Source: a virus (taxonomy: Duplodnaviria; Caudoviricetes). Taken from it: a DNA stretch of 64,000 nucleotides. Location: the IMG/VR virus record IMGVR_UViG_3300022555_000004; one strand, 5' to 3'. The translations under genes were made by a program, and so were the position numbers. Within the stretch, counting starts at the first letter, position 1; every line of letters starts with the position of its first letter. Of the stretch, positions 38,545-48,574 are shown piece by piece. The notes under the pieces are model-generated. The model made no database searches and had not been told where the DNA came from. It worked only from the letters and a program-made list of their open reading frames with translations.

Positions 38545-38730
38545 TTATTTTACTTTTTCATTGACATATTTCCATACATCATCGCCATATACAGCGCGTA
38601 TAACATCTTCAAATATATAATGTTCAGTATCTTCACTGACATATCCTTCTTCTACTTGATCCATATAATTTTCAACACTATCAATAATAATGGCCAAGTC
38701 AATATTTTCTTTAATTTTTGGTCTGTTCAT
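38545..38730 (-). CDS. Hypothetical protein
   Basis: ORF in operon. Confidence 0.55.
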   Translation of the reverse strand: MNRPKIKENIDLAIIIDSVENYMDQVEEGYVSEDTEHYIFEDVIRAVYGDDVWKYVNEKVK

Positions 38731-38944
38731 TTTCAGTTCCTTTCTTTCCCCATGTTTTGTCTATATCTTTGATAGCTTCTTTGAGTTGTTTTAATACTTC
38801 ATTCCTGTCCCGCGTATCAATCATAACAATCTCAATGAATGAATCAGAATTATCATCATCCATTGTTATAGACCAATTAAACTTACCACTGCCACCGGAT
38901 CTCCCAAATGTTAGTCCCATATTATATCCTATCCCAATTATCAA
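38711..38944 (-). CDS. Hypothetical protein
   Basis: ORF in operon. Confidence 0.5.
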   Translation of the reverse strand: MIIGIGYNMGLTFGRSGGSGKFNWSITMDDDNSDSFIEIVMIDTRDRNEVLKQLKEAIKDIDKTWGKKGTENEQTKN

Positions 38945-39250
38945 TTGTGATTTTATTTCTTTTAGTGCGAATACGGTCTTTCAACGATTTATGGGTAACT
39001 CCCGCCGGCGCCATTGGTATCCTACGTTTAGCGGTGTTAGCATAAACCAAGACTTCTTTATTCCCAATCATTTCTTTCCTCAATAATTTCTTTTTCATCG
39101 CTCTTCATCTTTCCAAGATCTTTTATTTTCCATCTTTTAGCCCACCCCATCTTATGAGGTTTACACATGGCACAAGACCTCTTTTTTACTTTATATACTT
39201 TTCTCATTTTTATCCCTTATTATAACACAATTTTCATATATTGTCAATGT

Positions 39251-39532
39251 TTATAATTCAAACAATTCATCGTCTAGTGTAAAGCAATCAACTTCATACG
39301 GTATAACATGTGATTTATTGACCAACCATTTTTTTAGATTATCTGGATATAAGATACTATAATTAACTTCGGTTATCCTATAATCAATAATAAAATATGG
39401 AACATCAAATTTATTATTATATGCTTGTTCTCCACGGTCAAAACTAATACTAACCCAATGCCCTTTATGATAGTCAGGGTCATTTTTAAGTAGTTTTAAT
39501 ATTTCTGGTTTAAATTTTACTTTCTTATTCAT
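39251..39532 (-). CDS. Small protein, LDDELFEL-tail family
   Basis: Ends FTLDDELFEL. Confidence 0.65.
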   Translation of the reverse strand: MNKKVKFKPEILKLLKNDPDYHKGHWVSISFDRGEQAYNNKFDVPYFIIDYRITEVNYSILYPDNLKKWLVNKSHVIPYEVDCFTLDDELFEL

Positions 39533-39542
39533 TTATTCATCC

Positions 39543-39767
39543 TTATAATTCAAACAATCCATCATCTAATGTAATTTCATATTCCTGTATCTCAATCAAA
39601 TCGTTTACAAGTGAATATGAACACAAACTGATTTGTCCATTTTCATCTATCAGACGGCGGCGAGTATTGTTAGTTGGGTCAATATAAACATATGGTAGTG
39701 TACTAAAATGTACGCAATCTGGACATCCACAATATATTTCCTTTTTTAGTTTATATTTTTTCCTCAT
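39543..39767 (-). CDS. Small protein, LDDELFEL-tail family
   Basis: Ends ITLDDGLFEL. Confidence 0.65.
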   Translation of the reverse strand: MRKKYKLKKEIYCGCPDCVHFSTLPYVYIDPTNNTRRRLIDENGQISLCSYSLVNDLIEIQEYEITLDDGLFEL

Positions 39768-40060
39768 AATTCAAACAATTCATCGTCTAATGTAATTTCA
39801 TATTCGTTGTATGGCATAACATGTGCTTTGCTTATGGCATATGTTGATAATCCTCTTGGTTCTACAATTCTATAACTTGACTCTGAACTAAATCCGGTTA
39901 CTATAAAAAATGGAACATCAAATCTATGGTCATATGATTGATATCCATACGATATGTTTGAATCTTTTATCCTAACAAACGACCCACTTTTAAAGTCTGG
40001 ATTGCTTCTAAGTTGTTTCAATACTTCTGGTTTAAATTTTACTTTTAACGTCATACACAT
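39764..40060 (-). CDS. Small protein, LDDELFEL-tail family
   Basis: Ends ITLDDELFEL; paralog of 39251..39532. Confidence 0.65.
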   Translation of the reverse strand: MCMTLKVKFKPEVLKQLRSNPDFKSGSFVRIKDSNISYGYQSYDHRFDVPFFIVTGFSSESSYRIVEPRGLSTYAISKAHVMPYNEYEITLDDELFEL

Positions 40061-40063
40061 TCC

Positions 40064-40303
40064 TTATAATTCAAACAATTTATCATCTAATGATATCACA
40101 AAAGGAAAAACCTCTACGAATGGATTGTCATCTGGCTTATATGTTACCATACTTAGACGGCCTTTTGTGTCACTTATTTTTACCTGACCATAGCCAAATT
40201 TATCATCTTTTATTATTATAAAATATGTCAATGATTTGAAATATTGACACTCTGGACAATTACAATCCATACAATCTTCTTTAAATTTATAATATCGTTC
40301 CAT
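40064..40303 (-). CDS. Small protein, LDDELFEL-tail family
   Basis: Ends ISLDDKLFEL; CNCPEC like 39543..39767. Confidence 0.65.
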   Translation of the reverse strand: MERYYKFKEDCMDCNCPECQYFKSLTYFIIIKDDKFGYGQVKISDTKGRLSMVTYKPDDNPFVEVFPFVISLDDKLFEL

Positions 40304-41019
40304 TATTTTATCATTTCCATCAATGTATCAAAGTCAATAATGGTTACGCGCGACCTTTTCATTGATTCACTTATTTTTCTTTTATGTTCATCTGACATAG
40401 GGCCTCTTTTCATTCCTGTTCTACTTTTACTCATTTTTTCCTTTGTTTCTTTGGTCATTGGATGTTTATTTTTTGCTGATATTGACATTTTTTCTCTGGT
40501 TGTCAACGAAAATGTTTTATTGATAGCCGATTTACTCATTTTCTTTTTTGTTTCATCTGATTTTTTTCTGCCTAAAAGTGATATACTTATTTTTTTTCTT
40601 ACGTCCGATGGTATAGTTTTTCCAAACATGTAACTCAATTCACCAGTATATTTTCCTATCATTGATAATGACCGTTTTTCAATAATTTCTTTTGAAAATT
40701 TATATCCTTTAGGTATGCCATCTCCACCCCATGTAAGATTATACCCACCTTCTGTCCAATGAGAATGGTTTACAATAATTTTCATGGTTTCCATGACACC
40801 TAAAACTAAGGCATCATCACATTCATATAATATTTCCCATTTGAAATTACCAAGACCATACTTTTTAATAGCACGATGAAAATATGTATTGCTTTTACTT
40901 TCAACACTATCTTTATGCCCTTGTCTTCTTTTATGTAATGATTGTGTTGTTTTGCCAACATAACATTTACCGTTGATTAAATTTGTTGATTTATAAATAA
41001 TACACAATTGTTCTGACAT
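40303..41019 (-). CDS. GIY-YIG/NUMOD3 homing endonuclease (start MSEQLC)
   Basis: IIYKSTNLINGKCYVG, FKWEILYEC, GGYNLTWGG, NUMOD3 repeats. Confidence 0.88.
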   Translation of the reverse strand: MSEQLCIIYKSTNLINGKCYVGKTTQSLHKRRQGHKDSVESKSNTYFHRAIKKYGLGNFKWEILYECDDALVLGVMETMKIIVNHSHWTEGGYNLTWGGDGIPKGYKFSKEIIEKRSLSMIGKYTGELSYMFGKTIPSDVRKKISISLLGRKKSDETKKKMSKSAINKTFSLTTREKMSISAKNKHPMTKETKEKMSKSRTGMKRGPMSDEHKRKISESMKRSRVTIIDFDTLMEMIK

Positions 41020-41033
41020 AAGATATACCTCAC

Positions 41034-41121
41034 TATAAATAAGATGTGGAAGGGACAGCAGCAAACCTCACGCTGTTTTCGGTGTGTTGACGCACCCGAA
41101 TTACCTTCTACATGTATTTAG
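41034..41121 (-). ncRNA. Conserved structured leader, copy 3
   Basis: GAAGG TAA TTCG...CGAA AA CAGC...GCTG TC CCTTC...TATTTATA. Confidence 0.7.
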
Positions 41122-41124
41122 AGA

Positions 41125-42900
41125 TTACCTCAACATTTCTATAAGATCTTGAAAACTTATTATAGTAATATTCATGGTTTGCGCCTTTTTGTTTTTGATA
41201 CTGCCGCTATCGGAATCATCCGTCACCAAATAATCGGTGGATTTAGAAATACCTTTTACATATCCACCCTTGCTTGTTATCAATTGTGTAACTGCATCAC
41301 GTTTCATGGGCATTTTGCCAGTCAATGTGAATGTCAGTCCACTTATACTCGTTTTCTCTTTCATAATAAATTTCAATCCTTTCTCTTTCATAAAATTGTA
41401 AAGTTCGGCAAACTTATTTATATTTTCTACAAGGTTGTTAGAAAGAATATCTCCAACACCTTCTATACCATAGATGCCGTCTACGTTGAATAAATCATCA
41501 AAATTATATTTTTCTAAAATTGGTGTCGCCAATGTTTTACCAATACCACTTATACCAAAGGCTGCCAATAACTTATCAGGTGTAACCGATAGTGTTTTCT
41601 GGATTTCATAATAGACCTGTTCGGCCTTTTTGATACCAAATCCCCCAAGGGCAGACATTTCCAATTCATCCAATTCATACATTTCTTCAATAGAATTGAC
41701 ACCAAGATTTCTGACCGTTGTTTCGGTAATGTATTCAGACCCTAATGTTTTGAAAAAATGGGCAATCTGTCTTACCTTAGAATCATAACAATCCTCATTT
41801 TTACATACAAGGTCAACACCGATATGTTGTACACTACCACCACATGAAGGACAAACCTCCGGTGCGAAAATATCGAGAACTCGCTCGAAGACCTCTGTGA
41901 TGTAGGGTATCACACCACCACTACGGACAATACCAATTACGGCGCCCGTTCCAATTCCATTATCAAAAATGAAATCATAATTAAATCCGGTTGCTTTAGA
42001 GATTGTAACACCATCTAATTCAATCGGTTCAATATAAACCAAAGGTGTAATTTTGCCTGTACGTCCCAAATTCCATTCGACCTTATCAACAACTACTTTG
42101 ACTGCTTCTGTATTAACCTTGTATGCCACCTTATTTTCCGGTAACATAACATCTTCCCGTTCAGAATCATTATTCGTTAGAACAAGGCCATCAACATCAT
42201 AAGGCATGTATTTTGCGTTCATCAAAATCGTATTTAAGGTATCCACAATATCACTATCTTTTGAGTATTTTAATGTAGTGAACGGCGGAACTTGAAGACC
42301 AAGATTGACCATTGTGGACAATCGACTAATTTCGGTTGTAGGGATGCCCGTTTCACATTCCAATATTTCATAAAACATTGGATGTAACATTTCAACATGA
42401 TGAGCAAGTGCACCATTGACGCCGTTTCTACGATTTTTATAACCTAATTTGATATGGTCATCATTAAACAATAACAATTCACCCCTCAAAGAGATTCGAC
42501 TATCAATAACAAATTTGGGCATAATCTTTTTGATTTTATCCGTAATGTCCTGCCCTTCTTGACCATCGCCCCTTGTGGACGCAAATACAACTTCACCATT
42601 TTCAACAGTAACCATGAAGGATACACCATCAAGTTTATGGCTGACAACGATTTCCTTACCTTTTACAAACTTTTCAACTGTATCGGATTTTACCTTATCT
42701 AAGGAACCCAACACAAAGGGTAATTTGACCTTTTCGCCATCAACACTGGCACCGACTGTTTTGAAATATTGGTCATTAGGAAATTCGGACTTGGCCTGTT
42801 CCTTCAATAAATCATATTCAGTGTCAGTCAATGTCGTGACATCTTCATTGTAATATTCCTTATCATATTGTTTTAATTGTTCTAATATATTTTTTGTCAT
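41125..42900 (-). CDS. ligA: NAD-dependent DNA ligase
   Basis: KLDG, TRGDG, DGLV, OB fold, Zn finger, C-terminal BRCT. Confidence 0.93.
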   Translation of the reverse strand: MTKNILEQLKQYDKEYYNEDVTTLTDTEYDLLKEQAKSEFPNDQYFKTVGASVDGEKVKLPFVLGSLDKVKSDTVEKFVKGKEIVVSHKLDGVSFMVTVENGEVVFASTRGDGQEGQDITDKIKKIMPKFVIDSRISLRGELLLFNDDHIKLGYKNRRNGVNGALAHHVEMLHPMFYEILECETGIPTTEISRLSTMVNLGLQVPPFTTLKYSKDSDIVDTLNTILMNAKYMPYDVDGLVLTNNDSEREDVMLPENKVAYKVNTEAVKVVVDKVEWNLGRTGKITPLVYIEPIELDGVTISKATGFNYDFIFDNGIGTGAVIGIVRSGGVIPYITEVFERVLDIFAPEVCPSCGGSVQHIGVDLVCKNEDCYDSKVRQIAHFFKTLGSEYITETTVRNLGVNSIEEMYELDELEMSALGGFGIKKAEQVYYEIQKTLSVTPDKLLAAFGISGIGKTLATPILEKYNFDDLFNVDGIYGIEGVGDILSNNLVENINKFAELYNFMKEKGLKFIMKEKTSISGLTFTLTGKMPMKRDAVTQLITSKGGYVKGISKSTDYLVTDDSDSGSIKNKKAQTMNITIISFQDLIEMLR

Positions 42901-43000
42901 CTTTATATATCCTTAGTTTTTTCTCTTATTATAACACAAAAAGGGAATAATGTCAACCATTATTCCCTTTTGTAAGTATTGTAAATAGATAGCTTTTTTT

Positions 43001-43195
43001 AGGTTGCCGCCCGTCATAATACGGATGCGCTGGCACTATCTTCTGATTCCTGCTCGATATTTACAATTTTATTTATTTTTCTGATAGGATTCCCCACCCT
43101 ATTCCATATTCCCACATTTGGTTACTACAAGGTTCAACTGTCAGGCAGCCTTTTCATGCCATATGCTTTGGAATATTTTATCACTACGACAACCT
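43001..43195 (-). ncRNA. Candidate ~195-nt closed-end structured RNA
   Basis: Terminal AGGTTGTCG/CGGCAACCT pairing; internal hairpins; no ORF. Confidence 0.35.
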
Positions 43196-43220
43196 AGTGC
43201 TGACACACTACAGAAAAATT

Positions 43221-43445
43221 TTAATAAAACAACTTTACTTCATTTTCGTCCATAAACTGATAAAACTTATCATATACTGTTTCATAAATTTTACTTTGTT
43301 CAGGTGTAAGTGTAACATTGTATTTTATTTGACCCCTTAACCATCCATGAAAATCATCTAAGACATGATGAAATTTAGGCCCATTCACGGTCAAGTTATA
43401 ATCATATTCATCTTCTGGTAAATTAAATTCTAATACGTTTTTCAT
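43221..43445 (-). CDS. Hypothetical protein
   Basis: ORF with AGGAG RBS. Confidence 0.6.
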   Translation of the reverse strand: MKNVLEFNLPEDEYDYNLTVNGPKFHHVLDDFHGWLRGQIKYNVTLTPEQSKIYETVYDKFYQFMDENEVKLFY

Positions 43446-43808
43446 TTTTATCTCCTAATAACACGGAACCCGCCGGCACGCCATATCCGGCTTGGTTCCG
43501 TTCATATTTTACTTTGCTTGAAAATTAGCACAATCCTTCCCCGATTTCCGAGGAACGAATACATTATTGATAACACACAACCGGATTAATCCGGTTTGCA
43601 CAATCTTTACATTTCTGTTCGTTCATTGTATTTTCCTTTCTTTTTTATTTCCTTTTTAATTGTTTTGCTCTTGTTCTATCATCTTCTTTTTCGGCATCGC
43701 GTAACATTTCTTTGTCTAAATCCTTTTTAGAAAATTTGGCCAATACTGGCGGCCAAGCCGGTTTACTTCCTTTTTGTTTTTTCATAATATATACCTCAAT
43801 CTATAAAT

Positions 43809-43908
43809 CAGGTGTAGTAGGATTTCATACCTACATGAAAACTTTAATTATCCTCTGAATATTATGTTTTCACCAGAGTCCCGCGTCTTTGTGTTCCGCC
43901 ATACACCT
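43809..43908 (-). tRNA. tRNA-like gene with expanded 33-nt anticodon loop
   Basis: AGGTGTA/TACACCT acceptor, GTAGG/CCTAC T-arm, GCG/CGC D-stem. Confidence 0.5.
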
Positions 43909-43916
43909 TTTTAATT

Positions 43917-44474
43917 TTAATCCATTCTGGATCCGGTGTAAACCGTAATTCCATTATCACTCAACACCTGAGCAAAAGCACTTGCGAATGCGATTTTCCG
44001 TTCCATACTCTGGCCACCTTGACCAACCCAATAAGAATATCCACCTTGATAGGATTTGCCCCAATCAGAACCCTTTTCGCCAACCATACCGGCTTTTTTC
44101 AAACCAGCAAGGAATTTACGATTAGGTGTAGTGTTGGCTTTGAATTGAACCCAAGCGAACCCACAGACCCCACCATCAACAACCCACGATTTAGCCACGG
44201 GCGAATTATCATCAATCATATTTGTGTGTTGTTCAACAATCATTGGAGTCGGTTTGGCCGTATTGAGCGCCTTTATACCTGCTTCCAGAGCTAATGCCAT
44301 AATCTTTACGGCGCCATTTTCTTTTACAACAATCGTTTTTTTCGTATAGTTAGGATCACCAAGCGTTTTAATCATATCAGATGCCTGGTCATATGTCAAA
44401 TTTTCGTTTCGATAATCTTTTTTGGTGATGCAAAATAAAGCCCAACCTTGTCGTTTCGTCATAAGTTTAGTCAT
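43917..44474 (-). CDS. Phage hypothetical protein (GVCGFAWV motif)
   Basis: ORF behind an early promoter. Confidence 0.65.
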   Translation of the reverse strand: MTKLMTKRQGWALFCITKKDYRNENLTYDQASDMIKTLGDPNYTKKTIVVKENGAVKIMALALEAGIKALNTAKPTPMIVEQHTNMIDDNSPVAKSWVVDGGVCGFAWVQFKANTTPNRKFLAGLKKAGMVGEKGSDWGKSYQGGYSYWVGQGGQSMERKIAFASAFAQVLSDNGITVYTGSRMD

Positions 44475-44541
44475 CGTTTTACCACCTTTCTTTCACTGTT
44501 TTTTCTCTTATTATAACATAAAATGTTGGCCAAGGCAAGTC

Positions 44542-44979
44542 TTATTTTTGTTCAATATCAATAGTGTCTTTGTTCAACATATACCAATCGGGGTTATTCA
44601 ATGTATCCATCGTAAAGTTTAACGTGGCTGCATTCCACACCATTAGGCTGGCAATGTTCTTTGTTTTATCATAATTGTGAATAACATAGATATGTTTAAA
44701 AATACCATAGGCAAAACCAATCTCCCAAATCGTTCCAGAGTCATCATTCATACCATCTGTAACAACAGCAACTACGGCATTACAATTCTGAATGGCGGTT
44801 ATGTCTTCAAGAAAAACATTCTTTCCCCATTCTTTGTTAGTCAAATCCCAAGCGTTTGGAATGTCGTGTTCCATAGGAACATAGACCTCATGACCCTGTT
44901 TGCGAAGTTTATCGGCAAGGAACGAAATCGTTGCCCTGTCCTTTGTATTAAAAAATGCTCCTGCTAAATATATTTTCAT
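44542..44979 (-). CDS. Nucleoside 2-deoxyribosyltransferase-like protein
   Basis: KIYLAGAFF, D...I, DSGTIWEIGFAYG. Confidence 0.85.
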   Translation of the reverse strand: MKIYLAGAFFNTKDRATISFLADKLRKQGHEVYVPMEHDIPNAWDLTNKEWGKNVFLEDITAIQNCNAVVAVVTDGMNDDSGTIWEIGFAYGIFKHIYVIHNYDKTKNIASLMVWNAATLNFTMDTLNNPDWYMLNKDTIDIEQK

Positions 44980-45040
44980 AGTGTTATCTCACTTTTTTCT
45001 CTTATAATAACATAAAATCCTTTGTTTGTCAAGGCCTATG

Positions 45041-45241
45041 TTAGAACATTTTTCCGTCAAAATTCAATATGTTACGAATGGGTGCCAGTCTATTGAAGAT
45101 ATCTTGAACATTTACCATCTTATCGTTATGAAATTTTTCCAATTGTAAATACTTATATAATTCAACAATGACTTCATCTGCTTCCGTCATTTGTGTTTGT
45201 AAATTTTTTATATCTAATTCTAATTTATTGATATATCTCAT
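45041..45241 (-). CDS. Hypothetical protein
   Basis: ORF with RBS. Confidence 0.55.
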   Translation of the reverse strand: MRYINKLELDIKNLQTQMTEADEVIVELYKYLQLEKFHNDKMVNVQDIFNRLAPIRNILNFDGKMF

Positions 45242-45534
45242 ATACTTCCTTTCTTTTATGTCAATTCTATATCATTTTTAACGAACATAATGTCAGCCGT
45301 TTGATACATGTTTTCCCCAAAGATATTCATTATTTGCACAACTGAATTTCAAGAACATCAGTATTATGATCGAAATGATATCTCATGGCGTTTAGGTCAT
45401 TTTTCGCTAATACATCAACACCCTTTTTGGTCAATGTAACCCTTACTATATCGTTAATGTTTATTATGTTTTTCATATTTTTATCTCACTTTTTTCCTTT
45501 TATTATAACACAAAATTCTTTGTTTGTCAATATA

Positions 45535-45563
45535 AAAAAAGGATGGTCAAAACCATCCTTTTT
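45535..45563. terminator. Bidirectional Rho-independent terminator
   Basis: AAAAAAAGGATGG/CCATCCTTTTT. Confidence 0.7.
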
Positions 45564-45564
45564 A

Positions 45565-45702
45565 TTATTTCTTACCTTTTTTTCCTTTTGGTGCACGGAT
45601 ACCTTTGTTCAAACAGGATTTACACATTTTCTTAGTCACCATTTCGGAAGCGCGTTTTGGGGAATTACAAGCCCCACATACTACCATTCCTTTTGCTGCC
45701 AT
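45565..45702 (-). CDS. 45-aa basic Zn-ribbon protein (not in the ORF track)
   Basis: MAAKGMVVCGAC...MCKSC...KGKKGKK; GGGGG RBS. Confidence 0.6.
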   Translation of the reverse strand: MAAKGMVVCGACNSPKRASEMVTKKMCKSCLNKGIRAPKGKKGKK

Positions 45703-45947
45703 AATCGTATCCCCCTTTCATTTTATTTGATGTTGGATCCCTGTATGTAGTAGTGGGTGCAGTTACACTCTGTTTTAAACAGATATGCCACATTAGGACT
45801 AATACAGAATTCACTTCCCAAGAGCCATATAGTCGATTGTCACCAATCAAACATCACTCTTGCCTCCAACTAAAGTGCCCTCCAAGGCACACTCTTTGTT
45901 TCATTTATTAAAGAGAGTATAACAGATTTTTCTTTATTTGGCAAGGA

Positions 45948-46322
45948 TTATTTACTTTTTAAAACGCTCAAAATCTCATGTAATGCCCAGTATTCTGGAT
46001 TTACAAATGCTGTAACAGCACCGAATAAACCAATTATGGCAACCACAACCATCACACCAATGAATGTTGTTGGCAAAAACATTGCTGGCCCTAAATACTC
46101 TAATTTTTCATACCAATTACAACAAGCGCTGTTTGGATGTTTACCAGAGAATTTTTTGTGCAATTTATACAACACTGCAACACAAATTGATGTCAAAACA
46201 GCAAACATAATACTCAATATGCCATCAATAAATGCTTGCTTGACCAACACATCCCACAAATAACCAGATGTTACACCCAATTTTTCCGCTAATTTTTCTA
46301 ACACTGGAACCAATTCTTTCAT
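45948..46322 (-). CDS. Membrane protein
   Basis: Two TM segments; LAEKLGV..EYLW-like motif. Confidence 0.6.
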   Translation of the reverse strand: MKELVPVLEKLAEKLGVTSGYLWDVLVKQAFIDGILSIMFAVLTSICVAVLYKLHKKFSGKHPNSACCNWYEKLEYLGPAMFLPTTFIGVMVVVAIIGLFGAVTAFVNPEYWALHEILSVLKSK

Positions 46323-46331
46323 TTTATTCTC

Positions 46332-47339
46332 CTATTCTTTGTTCTTCAATAAAAAATCATTGTTGAGGCATTTAATACTCATTCTGCCATTCATTGCCCG
46401 TGAAACCATTTCTACGACTGGACGAATAACAATTCCTTCACGGAAATTATTAGTATCTTCATACACACCCTTTGCCATTTCTAACAATTCATCAACTGAA
46501 TTATTGAAATACCATATATCAATAATAGGCACCATTTCAAGTTGCAAATCTCGACAAACTTGTTTTAGTTCTTCAAAGTTTGCATATCGTTGTTCATCAA
46601 TAAACCATACATTGAATACAAACAATTTATGTCCTTTCAATTTCAGATGGTTCTTTTGTATTCCTTCGCCACACAACTCTGCCTGTATAGCAATATTCTT
46701 ACCATATTTCAAAAGTTTGTCTTGTAAGTCATACTTATACATCATTTTGATATAGATGTTGTCATCATTACCTTCTAATTTCAAGGCATTGTTGCGAGAA
46801 CAAACATTGATTTCATCGTTCAAACATCCAATCGTCCAACTTGTGCCATCACACTTTACGGTACTATAGACCTTCACGCCCCGTAACTCATTGATTACAT
46901 CAGGGTAGTTTTGTATCCTATCTTCATCTGTCTTAGGAATATAAGGCGGAAAATTACCTTTGATTAGCCCACGCATTTCAGGTGGTATTGGTTTTTCATA
47001 ATGAGTAACACCCAAAACATTAGAAATATCCAAATCTTCTTCAATAAGAAACGGAAATGGATAATCGGCCAAAATTGTAATTGGAAATACAATGCCTTGG
47101 GACAAAGCGCCACGTAATCTTTTGGTTTTGATACGGAATTTTTCTTTTCGTAAAAATTCAAAAATCATTGATTCACGTACAATAGAATCAAGGGCAATAT
47201 AAACACATAAATCACCAACTCTAAAGTCGCCACGCTTAGTCACAACCTGCCAACCCAAGACTTTTACTACATCTAAAAAGTCTGAATTTTCAACAGGCTG
47301 AACATCAATTATTCTTTGGATGGTTGCTTCTCTGGACAT
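46332..47339 (-). CDS. RNA ligase (Rnl2/DRB0094 family) with N-terminal OB domain
   Basis: TVKCDGTS, CSRN, QAELCG, REGIVIR, IK. Confidence 0.9.
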   Translation of the reverse strand: MSREATIQRIIDVQPVENSDFLDVVKVLGWQVVTKRGDFRVGDLCVYIALDSIVRESMIFEFLRKEKFRIKTKRLRGALSQGIVFPITILADYPFPFLIEEDLDISNVLGVTHYEKPIPPEMRGLIKGNFPPYIPKTDEDRIQNYPDVINELRGVKVYSTVKCDGTSWTIGCLNDEINVCSRNNALKLEGNDDNIYIKMMYKYDLQDKLLKYGKNIAIQAELCGEGIQKNHLKLKGHKLFVFNVWFIDEQRYANFEELKQVCRDLQLEMVPIIDIWYFNNSVDELLEMAKGVYEDTNNFREGIVIRPVVEMVSRAMNGRMSIKCLNNDFLLKNKE

Positions 47340-47342
47340 TAC

Positions 47343-47549
47343 TTATTTCCTTTCCCTTTTAATTTTTAATTTTTCTAATTTTGCTCGTAAATCATCAATA
47401 GTTATAATATCACTACCTCTTGATAATTTTTTTATATCTTCCCACATAAAGGGGCTACCTTCTGTTTTCCAGAATGCCAATAATTCTTTTCTATTAGTAA
47501 TGTTGTTCATAATAAAAACCCCTTTCATAGTATGTAAGTATAATACCAT
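47343..47549 (-). CDS. Hypothetical protein (true start probably downstream)
   Basis: ORF. Confidence 0.45.
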   Translation of the reverse strand: MVLYLHTMKGVFIMNNITNRKELLAFWKTEGSPFMWEDIKKLSRGSDIITIDDLRAKLEKLKIKRERK

Positions 47550-47586
47550 AAAAGGGGTGATTTGTCAAGGAAAATATATCCCTTAT

Positions 47587-47916
47587 TTAATCGTATTCAT
47601 AATCGTGTCCGTGTCTGCCTTTCCAGTTTTGTATCAACAAGTCTTTTGCTTTATCATTCAGATTATCCAAAGCACCAAAATCCGCATCCTCCTCACCAGA
47701 CACGCCTCGAGCATGTTGCCGTTCATGTTGTAAGATAATATCCTTTTCATTTTTAGTCAAAGACGGATCGTTACAGATAACAATAATAGTTTTAGATTTT
47801 GATGTTATAGTCAATGCGTATTGTTCGGTCGAATCAAAATCATCATTCACAGATAACAATGTTTTCTTGAACGTGTCGAAATCTGATTTAGATAAGTATC
47901 GTATTATAGTTTTCAT
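47587..47916 (-). CDS. Small HExxH metallopeptidase-like protein
   Basis: ILQHERQHA...EEDAD. Confidence 0.6.
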   Translation of the reverse strand: MKTIIRYLSKSDFDTFKKTLLSVNDDFDSTEQYALTITSKSKTIIVICNDPSLTKNEKDIILQHERQHARGVSGEEDADFGALDNLNDKAKDLLIQNWKGRHGHDYEYD

Positions 47917-48383
47917 TCTTTCCTCAAATAATCTATCAATTTACACATAGCATCGTAAACAGGTGTAAATACATCCAATTTGCTTTGTGCATTACCAGCA
48001 ATATTTATGATTTTGAAATCGTTTTCAATAATCCAATCGCCTACTTCTTTTATCATTGTGTATGTAATTGGATAACCAAGGTCTATATCTGTATGAGGTT
48101 TATCATATTCTTTGATGGCATTGAATGTGCATTTTTCGCCGGCGGAATTGAAGTTGAAGGCAAATCGTAATGTGCAATCAGAATTTTGAACATTCATATA
48201 TGTTCGTTTTTTGTAACCACCTTGAACTTCAACAAGGCCAAATTTATCACGGAGGGAAAAATCACTTCCATCTAATGTCATAAACTTAGAAGGAGCAAAC
48301 CCACCTGTTTCTATGCCTTTATAAAATGCTGCATAGAGTCCGGCTTGATCTGCCCCTGTTTGTCCGCCCGATATAATTTTCAT
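47913..48383 (-). CDS. SLOG-family (putative molybdenum-carrier-like) protein
   Basis: KIISGGQTGADQAGL, RT..NV..SD.TL, INIAGN. Confidence 0.85.
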   Translation of the reverse strand: MKIISGGQTGADQAGLYAAFYKGIETGGFAPSKFMTLDGSDFSLRDKFGLVEVQGGYKKRTYMNVQNSDCTLRFAFNFNSAGEKCTFNAIKEYDKPHTDIDLGYPITYTMIKEVGDWIIENDFKIINIAGNAQSKLDVFTPVYDAMCKLIDYLRKE

Positions 48384-48574
48384 AATTCAAACAATTCATC
48401 AGGTATTGTAATTTCATATACTGGAACACACATCGTATTACGGTTGGCCGCGCCACATGCTCCTAAATTACAATAGGTTGATAGGTCATGTTTAAATTGA
48501 TGTTCACAATCAGGTGTTGTCTTAAATTCATATCCACATATTTTATCTCTTATCAATTCACAAATTACATGCAT
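48380..48574 (-). CDS. Small Cys-rich protein, ELFEL-tail family
   Basis: Ends ITIPDELFEL. Confidence 0.6.
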   Translation of the reverse strand: MHVICELIRDKICGYEFKTTPDCEHQFKHDLSTYCNLGACGAANRNTMCVPVYEITIPDELFEL

